NCBI RefSeq assembly: GCF_006345805.1
Contig: NC_043026.1
Location: forward strand, 12,379,579-12,443,578
DNA from: Octopus sinensis
Lineage: Eukaryota
DNA: 64,000 bases
Direction of reading: 5' to 3'
Made by a program: the position numbers and the translations under genes. Shown in pieces: positions 25,386 through 38,569 of the stretch; position 1 is the stretch's first letter, and every line of letters begins with the position of its first letter. The notes under the pieces are model-generated. The model ran no database searches. It was given only the letters and a program-made list of their open reading frames with translations, and had not been told where the DNA came from.

Positions 25386-26174
25386 TTAGCACATATCAAA
25401 GTGGTATAGTTTCCTTCCTTTATGAATACGTTTATGTTTAGTTAGGTTACATCCCTTGGAAAATGATTTACCACAGATTTCACAATGATATGGCTTCTCA
25501 CCTGTGTGAATACGTTTGTGACTAGTTAAGTTACTACTTTTAGAAAATGATTTATCACAAATATCACAGTGATATGGTTTCTCTCCCGTATGAATATGTC
25601 TGTGTTCAGTTAAGTTGCTTATTTTTGAGAATGATTTCCCGCAGACATCACATGGATATGGCTTCTCTCCTGTATGAATTCGTTTGTGATTAGTCAAGTT
25701 ATCACTTTTGGAGAACGATTTGCCACAGTCATCACACTGATATGGCTTCACTCCAGTATGAATGCGTGTGTGTGTAGCCAAGTCACCAACCTTGGAGAAT
25801 GATTTACCACAGATATCACAGTGATATGGTCTCTCTCCTGTATGAATATGTTTGTGTTCTGTTAAATTACTTCTTTTAGAAAACGATTTATAACAGGTAT
25901 CACATTGATACGGTTTCTCCCCTGTATGAATGCGTTTGTGACTAGATAAATTATTACTTTTCGAGAATGATTTACCACAGACGTCACAGTCATATGGTTT
26001 CTCTCCTGTGTGAATGCGTCTGTGCGTTGTGAGGTTACCCCTACGAGAGAATGACTTTTTACAGATATCACAGTGGTATGTCTTTCCTGTATCTTTTGGA
26101 CGCTCATCCGTAAATTCAATCCTTTGAGATGGCATATTCCATTCTGCAGTGTTCCCACACATTTCATTCATCAT
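25386..26174 (-). CDS. C2H2 zinc-finger protein, gene 2 (262 aa; 8 fingers)
   Basis: Intact ORF with ATG start, conserved leader and TGEKP linkers. Acceptor ttatttcag| at 26300-26301. Confidence 0.93.
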   Translation of the reverse strand: MMNEMCGNTAEWNMPSQRIEFTDERPKDTGKTYHCDICKKSFSRRGNLTTHRRIHTGEKPYDCDVCGKSFSKSNNLSSHKRIHTGEKPYQCDTCYKSFSKRSNLTEHKHIHTGERPYHCDICGKSFSKVGDLATHTRIHTGVKPYQCDDCGKSFSKSDNLTNHKRIHTGEKPYPCDVCGKSFSKISNLTEHRHIHTGEKPYHCDICDKSFSKSSNLTSHKRIHTGEKPYHCEICGKSFSKGCNLTKHKRIHKGRKLYHFDMC

Positions 26175-29100
26175 GATTTTCCTTTCTTACCACAATATTC
26201 GGATGGTTTTCTAATTTCTCTTTTTATTTATTCTGGTTATCTCAAACTGTAATCTTAGTATCTGGAGATGCTGTAAACTTCAACGTAATCCAAGATATTC
26301 TGAAATAACAAAAAGATATAATATACTATAGCAGAAATTTTACATTTCTGTAACAATAAACTATAGATATAAACTTTTATCTGAACAATTTACTGCATAA
26401 TTTGTCATTAATCCATTCGTATTCAAATTATTCTGTCCAGGAAGACATGAGAAGAAATGGTGAGAAAGGATCTTTGGATGTTGGGCTCCCATCATCATCA
26501 TCGTTTAGTGTCCGTTTTCCATGCTAGCATGGGTTGGACGGTTCAACTGGGGTCTGGGAAGCCAGAAGGCTGCACCAGACCCAGTTTGATCTGGCAGTGT
26601 TTCTACAGCTGGATGCCCTTCCTAATGCCAACCACTCCATGAGTGTAGTGGGTGCTTTTTACATGCCACCGGCACAGCTTCCAGATGGGGCTGGCAAACG
26701 GCCACGGTCGGATGGTGCTTTTTATGTGCCACCGGCATGGGGGCCAGGCAATGCTGGCAACAGCCACGATCAGCTGGTGCTTTTTACGTGCCACCAGCAT
26801 GGGGGCCAAGCGAGGCGAGCAACGGCCACTATCGGATGGTGCTTTTTACGTGCCACCAGCACAGGGGGCCAGGCCAGGCGGGCAACGGCCACGATCGGCT
26901 GGTGCTTTTTACATGCCACCGGCATGGGGGCCAGGCGTGGCTGGCAGCGGCCACGATCGGATGGTGCCTTTTTATAAACTTTTATCTGCACAATTTACTG
27001 TATAATTTGTCATTAACCCATTCGTATTCAAATTACTCTGTCCAGGAAGACGTGAGAAGAAATGGTGAGAAAGGATCTTTGGATGTTGGGCTCTATTGAG
27101 GAAATGACATGGGACTGGGAGATGTAAGTTGCTGTACTTGATAAGACACGTCAAGCTAAATAAAATCTGTCTTCCACACATACAAGCTTGTCCTTTCAGA
27201 TACTGGTGCCACTTAAAAAAGCACCCGTGTCAGTGTTGCGTAGTGCATCCATACCTGTAGCACATAAAAATCACCCAGCACACTCTGTAAAGTGGTTGGC
27301 ATCAGGAAGGGCATCAAGCCATAGAAAACATGCCACAGCAGACAGTCGGAGCCTGGACAGCTCCCTATTAGCCAGCTCCATGTCAAACCTATTTCTTTAC
27401 TACCCACAAGGGGCTAAACACAGAGAGGACAAACGGATTAAGTCGATTATATCGACCCCAGTGCATAACTGGTACTTAATTTATCGACCCCGAAAGGATG
27501 AAAAGTAAAGTCAACCTCGACGGAATTTGAACTCAGAATGTAGCGACAGACGAAATACGGCTACGCATTTCGCCCGGCGTGCTAACCACTCTGCCAGCTC
27601 ACCGCCTTGTATATTTGAAAACGGTGTCCAACCCATGCCAGCATGGAGTCCAGATCCAGCTGGTTTCCTAACCCAGGATGAATTTTGCTTCATCACTTTG
27701 AGCCACATATAAATATATGGTCTATTGGAGGCCCACAATATATTGAGAGTCCATGAAAAAATTTTGCTCCAGATGTATTTATTGGAAGAAACAACTGGAT
27801 TCCTTTCTCTAATGTTTTACATGCGAAGACAAAGAAGTACAAGGACACCGTTTTCAGACATAAACAGCGAGTCAGGACCCGATAAGGACATGCAACCAAG
27901 TTAAGCTGTGGACTTCATATGATTTATTTCCTCCATTATCCGAGAGATGGCTCCACTTACTGGCCTCGTTCGGTTTTGTTTATGTTCAAAAGGTCATTCC
28001 ATTGTCTTCATTGTCCAACATGTTCTTGTTTTAAACATATGTGGGAATTTGTATCTTTGTGGTACCAGTGCCGGTGGCACATAAGAAAACCATCCGAACA
28101 TGGCCGTAGCCAGTACCGCATCGACTGGCCTCTGTGCTGTGGGCACGTAACAAACACCATCCGATCGTGGCCGTTTGCCAGCCTTGTCTGGCACCTGTGT
28201 CGGTGGCACATAAAAAACACCATTCGAGCGTGGCCATCTGCCAGCCTCGTCTGGCACCTGTGTCGGTGGCACATAAAAAACACCATCCGAGCGTGGCCGT
28301 TCGCCAGCCTCGTCTGGCACCTGTGTCGGTGGCACATAAAAAACACCATCCGAGCGTGGCCGTTCGCCAGCCTCGTCTGGCACCTGTGTCGGTGGCACAT
28401 AAAAAACACCATCCAAGCGTGGCCATCTGCCAGCCTCGTCTGGCACCTGTGTCGGTGGCACATAAAATCACCCACTATACTCTCGGAGTGGTTGGCGTTA
28501 GGAAGGGCATCCAGCTGTAGAAACACTGCCAGATCTGACTGGCCTGGTGCAGCCTTCGGGCTCCCCAGACCTCAGTTGAACCGTCCAACCCATGCTAGCA
28601 TGGAAAGCGGACGTTAAACGATGATGATGATGATGATTATCCGACAGATGGCTCCACTTACTGGCCTCGTTCGGTTTTGTTTACGTTCAAAAGGTCAATC
28701 CATGGTCTTCATTGTCCAACATGTTCTCGTTTTAAACACATGTGGTAAACTATTGCAACATAATACCGTGTCATAATTACATGTTATATGAAAAATAAGT
28801 GTCAATTATATGTAAAAAAAATTGTTGGAAGTCGTATGAAGATTTTCGTTGACCCTCATGCACTTCAAACTTTGACCTTGAGGTCATTGCACATATTTCA
28901 CATTCCCACTGGAATGTACTAGAAACACATTGAATTATTTAGTTTATATTTTACCTATTTCTTTACTACCCACAAGGGGCTAAACACAGAGGGGACAAAC
29001 AAGGACAGACATAGGTATTAAGTCGATTACATCGACCCCAGTGCGTAACTGGTACTTATTTTATCGACCCCGAAAGGATGAAAGGCAAAGTCGACCTCGG

Positions 29101-29194
29101 CGGAATTCGAACTCACAACGTAACGCAGCCGAAATACCGCTAAGCATTTCGCCTGGCGTACCAACGTTTCTGCCAGCTCGCCGCCTTTAGTTTA

Positions 29195-30480
29195 TATTTT
29201 ACCACAATCAGAATGTATATCTAACTCGTGGTTAACTGTAAGACACAAACAAGCCGTCCGTGAAAGCATCTTTCAAACTGGTTTCTGTTTTCCCCCCATC
29301 TTGCTCTTGTGTCATAATTATATGTTATATGAAAAATATGCGTCAATTATATGTAAAAAAAATTGTTTGAAGTCGTGTGAAGATTTTCGTTGACCCTCTT
29401 ACACTTCAAACTTTGACCTTGAGGTCATTTGTCATATTTCACATTCCCGCTGGAATGTACTAGAAACACATTGAATTATTTAGGTTATATTTTACCACAA
29501 TCAGAATGTATATCTATAAGGTTGTCCAAAAGTTCGTAGAAAGTCTTGGAAAATAATGGTCTTTATTTTGAGGAATAATTTTTGTTGTTTTTGTTAGTAC
29601 TTGGCGAGTAAAAATTCAATTTTCGCAAGTGTTTACGAACTTTTGGGACAACCTAATAACTCGTGGTTTACTGCAAGACACAAACGAGCCGTCCATGAAA
29701 GCATCTTTCAAACTGGTTTCTATTCCCCCCCCCCATCTTGCTCTTGTGTCATAATTATATGCTATATGAAAAATAAGTGTCAATTATATTTTTTAAAATT
29801 CTTGGAAGTCGTGTGAAGATTTTCATTGACCCTCATGCACTTCAAACTTTGACCTTGAGGTCATTGCTCATATTTCACATTCCCGCTGGAATGTACTAGA
29901 AACACATTGAATTATTTAGGTTATATTTTACCACAATCAGAATGTATATCTATAAGGTTGTCCAAAAGTTCGTAGAAAGTCTTGGAAAATAATGGTCTTT
30001 ATTTTGAGGAATAATTTTTGTTGTTTTTGTTAGTACTTGGCGAGTAAAAATTCAATTTTCGCAAGTGTTTACGAACTTTTGGGACAACCTAATAACTCGT
30101 GGTTTACTGCAAGACACAAACGAGCCGTCCATGAAAGCATCTTTCAAACTGGTTTCTATTCCCCCCCCCCATCTTGCTCTTGTGTCATAATTATATGCTA
30201 TATGAAAAATAAGTGTCAATTATATTTTTTAAAATTCTTGGAAGTCGTGTGAAGATTTTCATTGACCCTCATGCACTTCAAACTTTGACCTTGAGGTCAT
30301 TGCTCATATTTCACATTCCCACTGGAATGTACTAGAAACACATTGAATTATTTAGTTTATATTTTCCCACAATCAGAATGTATATCTTAACTCGGGGTTT
30401 ACTGTAAGACACAAACAAGCCGCCCGTGAAAGCCTCTTTCAAACTGGTTTCTATTTTTCCCTCCATCTTGCTCCACTTAT
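29195..30480. repeat. Local tandem duplication; the most similar pair has a 436-bp period and carries a ~140-bp mariner-like MITE
   Basis: ORFs 29601-29816 and 30037-30252 are identical. MITE TIR aggttgtcc(c)aaaagttcgta at 29517-29655 and 29953-30091. Confidence 0.8.
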
Positions 30481-30639
30481 TTCTTAATACAAAGCTAAAA
30501 CATTCCCTTCTAGATGCAACACTATAAAACGTACTAAATCTAGCACTCGCGGCAGTTTCGCGAGAAAAGAGATCTCCACCTTCTGTAACCACATAACCGT
30601 CGCCATCTGAGAAGCCTTGTTAATTTCGGGGCTGATTCT

Positions 30640-31340
30640 TACCTTCCTGGACATGTTTTTTTGTTATTGAGCGAAATAGCTGGAGGTAGAAATAGGTGGA
30701 ACAAATTAAGGATAAAACCTGACCTTACCTCGGATGATGACTTCCTGCTTCAAGCTGCTCACAAAGAAGAGAGAGAACAGCACCAACTAACTACTCATAT
30801 CTAGAACAAGCAAAGCTCCGGGGTCCTGGAGTTACCAGAGACGGGACTCAGACCAAACGCGTCGACCGCCAAAATCTTTTTGTTTTTTGCCTTCTTTTTT
30901 CCACGCGCAGGCTCGGTCTCGTGCCCGTGACGTCACTTCCTATTCCTAATTAAGCCCATAATTGCTAACTATTAACATAAGACGTCTATCTAATAATTAC
31001 TCTGACAACATCACGATATTGTTTTCGTTATGTCATATTTGATATCAAGAGAGACTGTTGTTAGCCACTGAACAAAAAAAAAATTGTTACAATCGACAAT
31101 ATATTGAAAGAAAAAGGGATGTAATAAGAGTTGTTATTCTTAGTATATCCTTCACGCATGCGCAGTTTCATTTCTTTGTCATCTTGATGTCATTGTGTTG
31201 TCTTCTGGATTCGCTTCTGCTGCAGATCTTTATGACAACAGCCTTTATGAAACCACACAGTTATAGTATCATCTCTCGAATTGTCTTTCACGACTACTAC
31301 GCAGTTTTGTAACGATATCCTTTATAAAGCATTTCTGTAA
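30640..31340. promoter_or_regulatory. Putative bidirectional promoter with first exons of genes 2 (-) and 3 (+)
   Basis: gtgacgtcacttcct (CRE overlapping ETS) at 30927-30941 and ACGCATGCGCAGT at 31154-31166. Minus-strand donors at 30728 and 30642, plus-strand donor gtaagt at 31337. Confidence 0.55.
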
Positions 31341-31439
31341 GTATGCAATGATGAAAGTATTATGCATTAATACTACAGGCTTTCGTTGACACTGTAGAAT
31401 TCAAGACACCGACTTGTTTTTTCTTTGTAAAGATCGGTG

Positions 31440-31701
31440 GGCGATCCTTCGGTATAGGTACCGTAAGTACCGGAAGTGGCTTTGTTTACATTTCTGAAGA
31501 AACCCTTTTCTCCCAACCCTAACCCTAACCCCTCATATATATAAGAAAAAAAAAACACTATATTATAACTGTTCTAAGGTAGCATAATAATTTGCTCTAT
31601 AAATTGGGGCTAGAATGAATGGTTTGACGAAAATTTAACTGCCTCTATACACTTTCTTGAAATGTATCAGGTGCTTCCGGTACCTGTTCCGAAGTTACGC
31701 C
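31440..31701 (+). mobile_element. Older Merlin-like MITE family M3
   Basis: Imperfect TIRs ggcgatccttcggtataggtacc / ggtacctgttccgaagttacgcc. A related right end lies at 63018-63208. Confidence 0.55.
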
Positions 31702-33856
31702 TTTCGGTATTTTGCCCACAGTCAACTAAAATGAATGCTTTTTTGAGGTTGGAAGAAAGGCGTTAGTGTTAATTCTATTCTCCTATTCTAAATTGCTTTA
31801 ATCAGTATCATAAAAGTATATCCAAGACAGAAGTAAATTAATATTACATTAATGAATATTATTAGAATAAACTTGGTGGTTTGTCTTGTTATTTGTTTAA
31901 TATTTCCAATCTTTCATCTCAAACCATGTATAGAACTATTGAATTAATATCGACGTCTGACCAGCAACATAAAACATATTTTGGCCAGTTTACATGCTAA
32001 AGGGTTAAATTGGGGACCCACAGTAAATTAAGGGTCCATGAAAAAATTTTGCTCCAGATGTATTTATTGCAAGAAACAACTGGATTCCTTTCTCTAATGT
32101 TTTACAGGAGTTCAACCCTACACAAGTTAACGTGTAAAAACGAAATAGGGATTTAGGAAGAAGTGTCTATAAAAGCTAGTTTTTAACCCTTTAGTGTTCA
32201 CATTATTCTGCCAAAACTAATGCTTTTTCATCCACATTGTTTTGAACTAATCATGCATTATCTTGTAGTTATGAGATTCTGGTAAGGTAGCTGTTAATTT
32301 TTAAGACGATATTGTAGGGTTAGTGTAAGAGACCAGATCTGGCCAGTATGAACATAAAACAGGCAGAATACTTTTGGCCGGATATGGTCAGTTTAAATGC
32401 TAAATGGTTAAACATAGAATGGCAATGAGGGTCCATGAGAAGCAAATTGTAATCAAATGGGTCCATAGGTAAAAAAGGGTTGAGAATCGGTGATTTAGAC
32501 AAAGGTTTGTATCTATAGTCTATCATTATAGAAGTGTTGTAAAATTTCTACTGTGTCTTCTAAAGCTTATACTCTTCTTCTGTTATTTCAGAATACCAGA
32601 TGGTGTTGGAATTAAAGAACAGTTTTGGTTACCTTGGATACGTCATCAATATTTATTGTTTTCTAAAACACAAGGAAGATGTTATACAGAAGGGATTAAC
32701 CATGTTTATATAAATCTATGTTACAGTGCCTGTGAAATATTTCCTATGAAATTATTAACAAAACTTCTCTGCTTCACTGTCTTGCAAGACGAGGTGGTTT
32801 TCCGTTCTAATTAAACTGGTATTATGTTATGGAGCGTCCTGAACACCCCTCGTGTGATTGAAGGTGGACTAACCCATTACAATGAATAAGAACTGAGTGA
32901 GCTGTCAAGGTGTAGTTGAGGGGTGTCAGCCTGACTGTTTTGGTTAAACAGTCAGTAGTTGAACAGTGAATACTGTGTAACATATTACTCTACTACCCAC
33001 AAGGGGCTAAACACAGAGGGGACAAACAAGGACAGACAAACGGATTAAGTCCATTACATTGACCCCAGTGCAAAACTGGTCCTTTATTTATCAACCACGA
33101 AAGGCAAAGTCGACCTCGGCGGAATTTGAACTCAGAACGTAATGACAGGTGAAATACCTATTTCTTTACTACCCACAAAGGGCTAAACGCAGAAGGGACA
33201 AACAAGGACAGACACACGGATTAAGTCGATTACATCGACCCCAGTGCGTAACTGGTACTCAATTTATCGACCCCGAAAGGGATGAAAAGCAAAGTCAACC
33301 TGGGTGGAATTTGAACTCAAAATGCAATGACAGATGAAATACCTATTTCTTTACTACCCACAAAGGGCTAAACACAGAGGGGACAAACAAGGACAGACAT
33401 AGGTATTAAGTCGATTACATCGACCACATTGCGTAACTTGGTACTTAATTTATCGACCCCGAAAGGGATGAAAGGCAAAGTCGACCTCGGCGGAATTTGA
33501 ACTCGGAACGTAACTGCAGATGAAATACGGCTACGCATTTCGCCCGGCGTGCTAACGATTCTGCCAGCTTGCCGCCTTAACATACTTATGTTCAAGAAGT
33601 ATGGAATGCATTCTGTGTTAATATATTTCTGCAACAGGTTATTCTTAGATAACGACAACTCACTATTTATTTATGTAATACCTTTTTACACCAGACGTGT
33701 ATACTCATATCATAACATATTATTTAGGCATTTGCAGGTTAATCGCTAAATTCACAGTTAATGGAGATACTGGAAATATAGCAAAATAAATATTTGTTAA
33801 GAATAACGAAAAAGAAAAAAAAGACAACTGTGTATTGTAGCGTGAGCAGAAAAGCT

Positions 33857-35413
33857 ATGGAAACGGAATTGTGTGAGGATTTTGTTAAATGTGAAACACC
33901 ATCTAAAAGAAATGATTTTACTGACGAGATACCAACTGATATACAAACATCATCATGCTACCCTGATATCTGTAAAAAGTCATTCTCAGAAAGTGGTTGC
34001 TTAAATTCTCACAAAGATACTCATACAGAAGAGAGACCATATCAGTGTGATATCTGTGGTAAATCATTCTCACAGAAAGGAAACTTAAGTAAACACAAAT
34101 TTATTCACACAGGAGAAAAACCATATAACTGTGATATCTGTGGTAAATCTTTCTCTCAAGTGTATAATTTAGTTATTCACAAACGTATTCATACAGATAA
34201 AAAACCGTGTCATTGTGATATCTGTGGTAAATCATTCTCTCAGAAAAGTAACTTGACCAAGCATCAACGTATCCATACAGGGGAGAAACCATACGAATGC
34301 AATGTCTGTGGTAAAACTTTCTCTCAAATATATAATCTAATTATTCACAAACGCATCCATACTGGAGAGAGGCCGTATCAGTGTGATATCTGTGGTAAAT
34401 CTTTCTCACAGAATGATGACTTAAATAGACATATACGCATCCATACAGGAGAGAAGCCATATCAGTGTGATATCTGTGATAAATCGTTCTCCCGGAAAGG
34501 TAGCTTGAGCACTCACAGACACATTCACACAGGAGAAAAACCATATTGCTGTGTTATGTGTGGAAAATTTTTCTCTCAAAATGCTCACTTAACTAAACAC
34601 AAGCACATTCATACAGGAGAGAAACCATATAAATGTGATATTTGTGACAAGACATTTTCTCAGAAATGTAACTTAACCACACACAAACACATTCACATCG
34701 GCCAGAAACCCAAACCATACGACTGTGATATCTGTGGTAAATCATTCTCCCAGAAAAGTAACTTAAGTACACATAAATACATTCATACAGGACAGAGGCC
34801 AAAACCATATCAGTGTGATATCTGTGGTAAATCATTCTCTCTGAAAACTAATTTAACAACACACAAATACACTCATACAGGGGAGATACCAAAACCATAT
34901 CAGTGTGATATCTGTTGTAAATCATTCTCCCAGAAAGGCAGCTTGACTACGCACAAACACATTCATATCGGAGAGAAACCATATCACTGTGATATCTGTG
35001 ATAAATCATTCTCCCAAATATATCATTTAACTAGTCACAAACTCATACATTCAGAGGAGAAGCCCTATGATTGTGATATCTGTGGTAAATCTTTCTATAA
35101 AAGTGATAACTTAACTAGACATATACGTATTCATACAGGTGAGAAACCATATCACTGTGATATCTGTGGTAAATCCTTCTCTCAGAAAGGTACCTTAACT
35201 ACACACAAACACAGCCACACTGGAGATAAACCATATCAGTGTGATATCTGTGGTAAATCGTTCTCTCTAAATCACCACTTATCTGCCCACAAACTCATTC
35301 ATACAGGAGAGAAACCATATCAGTGTAATTTTTGTGGTAAATCATTCTCACGAAATGGTTCCTTAACTAAACACAAACGTCTTCATAGGGGAGAAACACT
35401 ATCAATCTCTTAA
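33857..35413 (+). CDS. C2H2 zinc-finger protein, gene 3 (518 aa; 16 intact fingers, 1 degenerate)
   Basis: Intact ORF. The ATG of METELC at 33857 matches the paralogue starts. Three linkers are extended. Confidence 0.94.
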   Translation: METELCEDFVKCETPSKRNDFTDEIPTDIQTSSCYPDICKKSFSESGCLNSHKDTHTEERPYQCDICGKSFSQKGNLSKHKFIHTGEKPYNCDICGKSFSQVYNLVIHKRIHTDKKPCHCDICGKSFSQKSNLTKHQRIHTGEKPYECNVCGKTFSQIYNLIIHKRIHTGERPYQCDICGKSFSQNDDLNRHIRIHTGEKPYQCDICDKSFSRKGSLSTHRHIHTGEKPYCCVMCGKFFSQNAHLTKHKHIHTGEKPYKCDICDKTFSQKCNLTTHKHIHIGQKPKPYDCDICGKSFSQKSNLSTHKYIHTGQRPKPYQCDICGKSFSLKTNLTTHKYTHTGEIPKPYQCDICCKSFSQKGSLTTHKHIHIGEKPYHCDICDKSFSQIYHLTSHKLIHSEEKPYDCDICGKSFYKSDNLTRHIRIHTGEKPYHCDICGKSFSQKGTLTTHKHSHTGDKPYQCDICGKSFSLNHHLSAHKLIHTGEKPYQCNFCGKSFSRNGSLTKHKRLHRGETLSIS

Positions 35414-35699
35414 CAACACACAAACACATTCCTACAGGAGAGAACCCATATGAGTGGCATATATGATAAAGCATTCTCACATAAAAGACAACGTTTGTAT
35501 GTATTCATACAAAGGAGTAATTACTCATTCATTTTGTCCATTTTTTTTTCTATGACGATTCCATCTAACATATTTTTGCGAAGTAAGAAAAGATATTGCT
35601 GATTTATTTCGCATTTTGTGTAAATCGATGATAAATGTACTCTTAGTATATCAGTGGTAATATCACTGTACAACTGTTATGTTAAAAGAAGCTTGAGAG

Positions 35700-36062
35700 G
35701 CGGTTGGATGGAACCTACACTCGCCTCCTTATGAGAGCTCAAAATCTCTCGTGGAGGCGCCATCCAACTAAAATGCAAATATATGGGAAATTACGACCTG
35801 TGTCATCTCTTGTGAAAGGTAGAAGAGTCCAGTTTGCTGGACATTGTTGTAGAGCTGAAAAAGAAGTAATTTCTACTCTTCTCCTCTGGAAGCCATCTAC
35901 TCGCAACACCAGAGGGCGCACACTCTCCTACCCTGATGTAATCACCAGGGATACAGGCATCCAGCAACAGGACCTCCGTAATGCTATGATGGACCGTGAA
36001 GTCTGGCGCAACATGGTAAATTCCATTGTCTCGACCACGGTCGAACAATGATGATGATGATG
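35700..36062 (+). mobile_element. RTE/RTEX-like LINE 3' end
   Basis: DGTYTRLLMRAQNLSWRRHPT...RRVQFAGHC followed by a (TGA)n tail. Confidence 0.85.
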
Positions 36063-36769
36063 TTATGTTAAGAAATAAATACAAAAACTATAAAAGAAAA
36101 TATTTGATGATATAAAAGGTTGAACAAATATTTTATATACTTCTGTGTATTTTATGTATGTTTTGCTTTTACATTTGTTGTATGTGTATCACTCTGGGAA
36201 TGATTCTGTTGATGGTAAGATTTCATCATCATCATCATCATCGTTTAACGTCCGCTTTCCATGCTAGCATGGGTTGGACGATTTTGACTGAGGACTGGCG
36301 AACCAGATGGCTGCACCAGGCTCCAATCTTGATTTGGCAGAGTTTCTACAGCTGGATGCCCTATCTAACGCCAACCACTCCGAGAGTTTAGTGGGTGCTT
36401 TTTACATGCCACCGGTACGGGGGCCAGTCAGGCGGTACTGGCAACGGCCTCACTCGAATCTTTTTACACATGCCACCGGCACAGGTGCCAGTAAGGCGAC
36501 GTTGGTAATGATCACGCTCGACTGGTGCCCTTTTACGTGCCACTGGCACAGAAGCCACTTGGCTGCTCTGGCAACGATCATGCTTGGATGGTGCTCTTGG
36601 CACCCTACTAGTACGGGCACAAGTGCCAGTAAGGCGACGCCGTATTCTTAATTATTACTTGATTCCTTCTGGACTTAAAGATTATGCTGAACGTTAATGA
36701 CCAAATGTCAACGTAACCCCGTACTTCATATAAATGCTTGAAAGAAATAAAGCTAGCATGTTCTGCTAG

Positions 36770-37208
36770 ATGGGTAATGTCAGTGTGCACACATGATAGA
36801 GTGTAAATGATTTCAAGAGGAAAGCTGCGTGTAAGAGGCTTCAGATGTTGTGTGCAAGAGAGAAGACTGCACTGGTTTGGTCATGTGATACATATAGATG
36901 GGGCCAGTTGCATAAAGAAGTGCCGAGCCCTACTTATTGAGGGTACCTGTGGAAAAGATAGACAAGAAGATGTGGGATGGAGTGATGAGAGAGGATCGTA
37001 GGATGCTGGGCCTCACTGAAGAAATGACAATGGACTGGGAGATGTGGCAATTTGTTGTTGATAAGATACGTGAAGCTAAGTAAAATCGCTGTCTTCCACA
37101 CATAAAAGCTTGTCCTTTCAGGTGCTGGTGCCACATGAAAAGCACCCGTGGCAATGCTGCATAAATGCACTTGTGCCAGTGGCACATAAAAAGTACCCAG
37201 CACATTCT
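36770..37208 (+). mobile_element. Degenerate RTE LINE 3' coding end
   Basis: CVQERRLHWFGHV...IKKCR motif. Similar fragments at 27090-27340 and 53550-53715. Confidence 0.7.
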
Positions 37209-38056
37209 AGGGATTTTGACCTTTAAATTTTGGGAAAAAAAGTGTGGATTATACTTGAGGATTTACGGTACCCTTTTTGCACTTCGTATCTAATAAAAAA
37301 AAGTTACTGGTTGATTCTTTAGCAATAAATAATCGTGACAAAACATCAATATTGTGGGGAGAGGGTTAACTTGATTGCATCGACCTCAGTGTTAAACTGT
37401 ACTTATTCTATCGAACCCGAAAGGATGAAAGGTAAAGTCGACCTCAGCGGAATTTGAACTCAGAACATAAAGACACACGAAATACCGCTGAGCGTTTTGC
37501 CCGACATGCTAACGATTTTTTTCTGTTCTAGTCACAAGGACCGAAATTTTGGGGGAGGGGTCCAGTCGATTCCAGTACGCAACTGGTATTTAATTTATCG
37601 ACCCCGAAAGGATGAAAAGCAAAGTCACGAGGCTCCGGCAGGGGATGGTGGTGATCCCTGCTGTACTCTTTCACCACAACTTTCTCTCACTCTTACTTCC
37701 TGTTTCTGTTGTACCTGTATTTCAAAGGGCCGGCCTTGTCACTCTCTGTGTCACGCTGAATATCCCCGAGAACTACGTTAAGGGTGCACGTGTCTGTGGA
37801 GTGCTCAGCCACTCACGTTAATTTCACGAGCAGGCTGTTCCGTTGATTCGGATCAACCGGAACCCTCATCGTCGGAACCGCCGGAGTGCTTCCATCCACA
37901 GTATATGCACATGCTTTTCTCCGTGTGAATGTGTAAAAGTATGAATGTGTATGTATGTGTGTGAGCGCGCTTTGAACATTATATACTTATACAGGGCGAA
38001 CTATATGTATTTTGAGTTCAAACCAAAACACTTTTATTTCAAAATAAATGTAATTT

Positions 38057-38569
38057 TTATACGTGAAACTGCCAACTCTTCAAATTCTCCAGATATTCTA
38101 TCTCTTTCACCAGTTCTGGATCCTCCATCATCTCTACCAGTCTTTCAACTTTCGATTCATTCTTCAGTTGTTTCTTCTGTTTCGTGTGCCATTCCAAATC
38201 ATAGAGCCTCTCTAGAGTCTGCTTTTCCAATTCCTTCAATTCAGGCATCTCTATATCATCCAGATTCTTCGTCATCTGTAGCTTCAAATCTTGATTCAGC
38301 TGCTTTTCCAGGTCCTCCAACTCCTGTTCTAACTGCTTCTCCTGTCTCTTCAGCACTTGTACCAAATCTTCCATCATTTCCTTCTTCTCCTTCACCTCAC
38401 CTTCCTCGCATGTATTGATCACCTCCGACACAGGATCTTTGAAATTCACTTTTCTTGTTTCATTTATAAAAAGATGTTTCTTATGAGGAAACCTGTGAAT
38501 AGTTGCTTCATCTGTAGAGTTGGGATCAGGACCAACAGAATTTATCTTTTGACGAACTGAGAAACTCAT
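38057..38569 (-). CDS. Orphan 170-aa Glu/Lys/Leu-rich, probably coiled-coil, ORF
   Basis: 513-bp ATG-started frame in single-copy AT-rich DNA with heptad-like Leu spacing. cggaaatgacgtc lies 36 bp upstream and AATAAA about 19 bp after the stop. Confidence 0.55.
   Translation of the reverse strand: MSFSVRQKINSVGPDPNSTDEATIHRFPHKKHLFINETRKVNFKDPVSEVINTCEEGEVKEKKEMMEDLVQVLKRQEKQLEQELEDLEKQLNQDLKLQMTKNLDDIEMPELKELEKQTLERLYDLEWHTKQKKQLKNESKVERLVEMMEDPELVKEIEYLENLKSWQFHV

Noticed and set aside
25862-26167. Alternative-frame and antisense ORFs over ZNF genes (also 34341-34835, 52171-52560, 57456-57686)
   Set aside because: These are expected shadows of repetitive finger codons.
33794-33856. Upstream N-terminal extensions of genes 3 and 1 in the ORF track
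   Set aside because: They depend on non-ATG starts, and the paralogues agree on the MENELC methionine.
37945-38418. 157-aa Ser/Pro-rich plus-strand ORF
   Set aside because: It is the antisense shadow of the Glu/Lys-rich ORF and has no ATG start.
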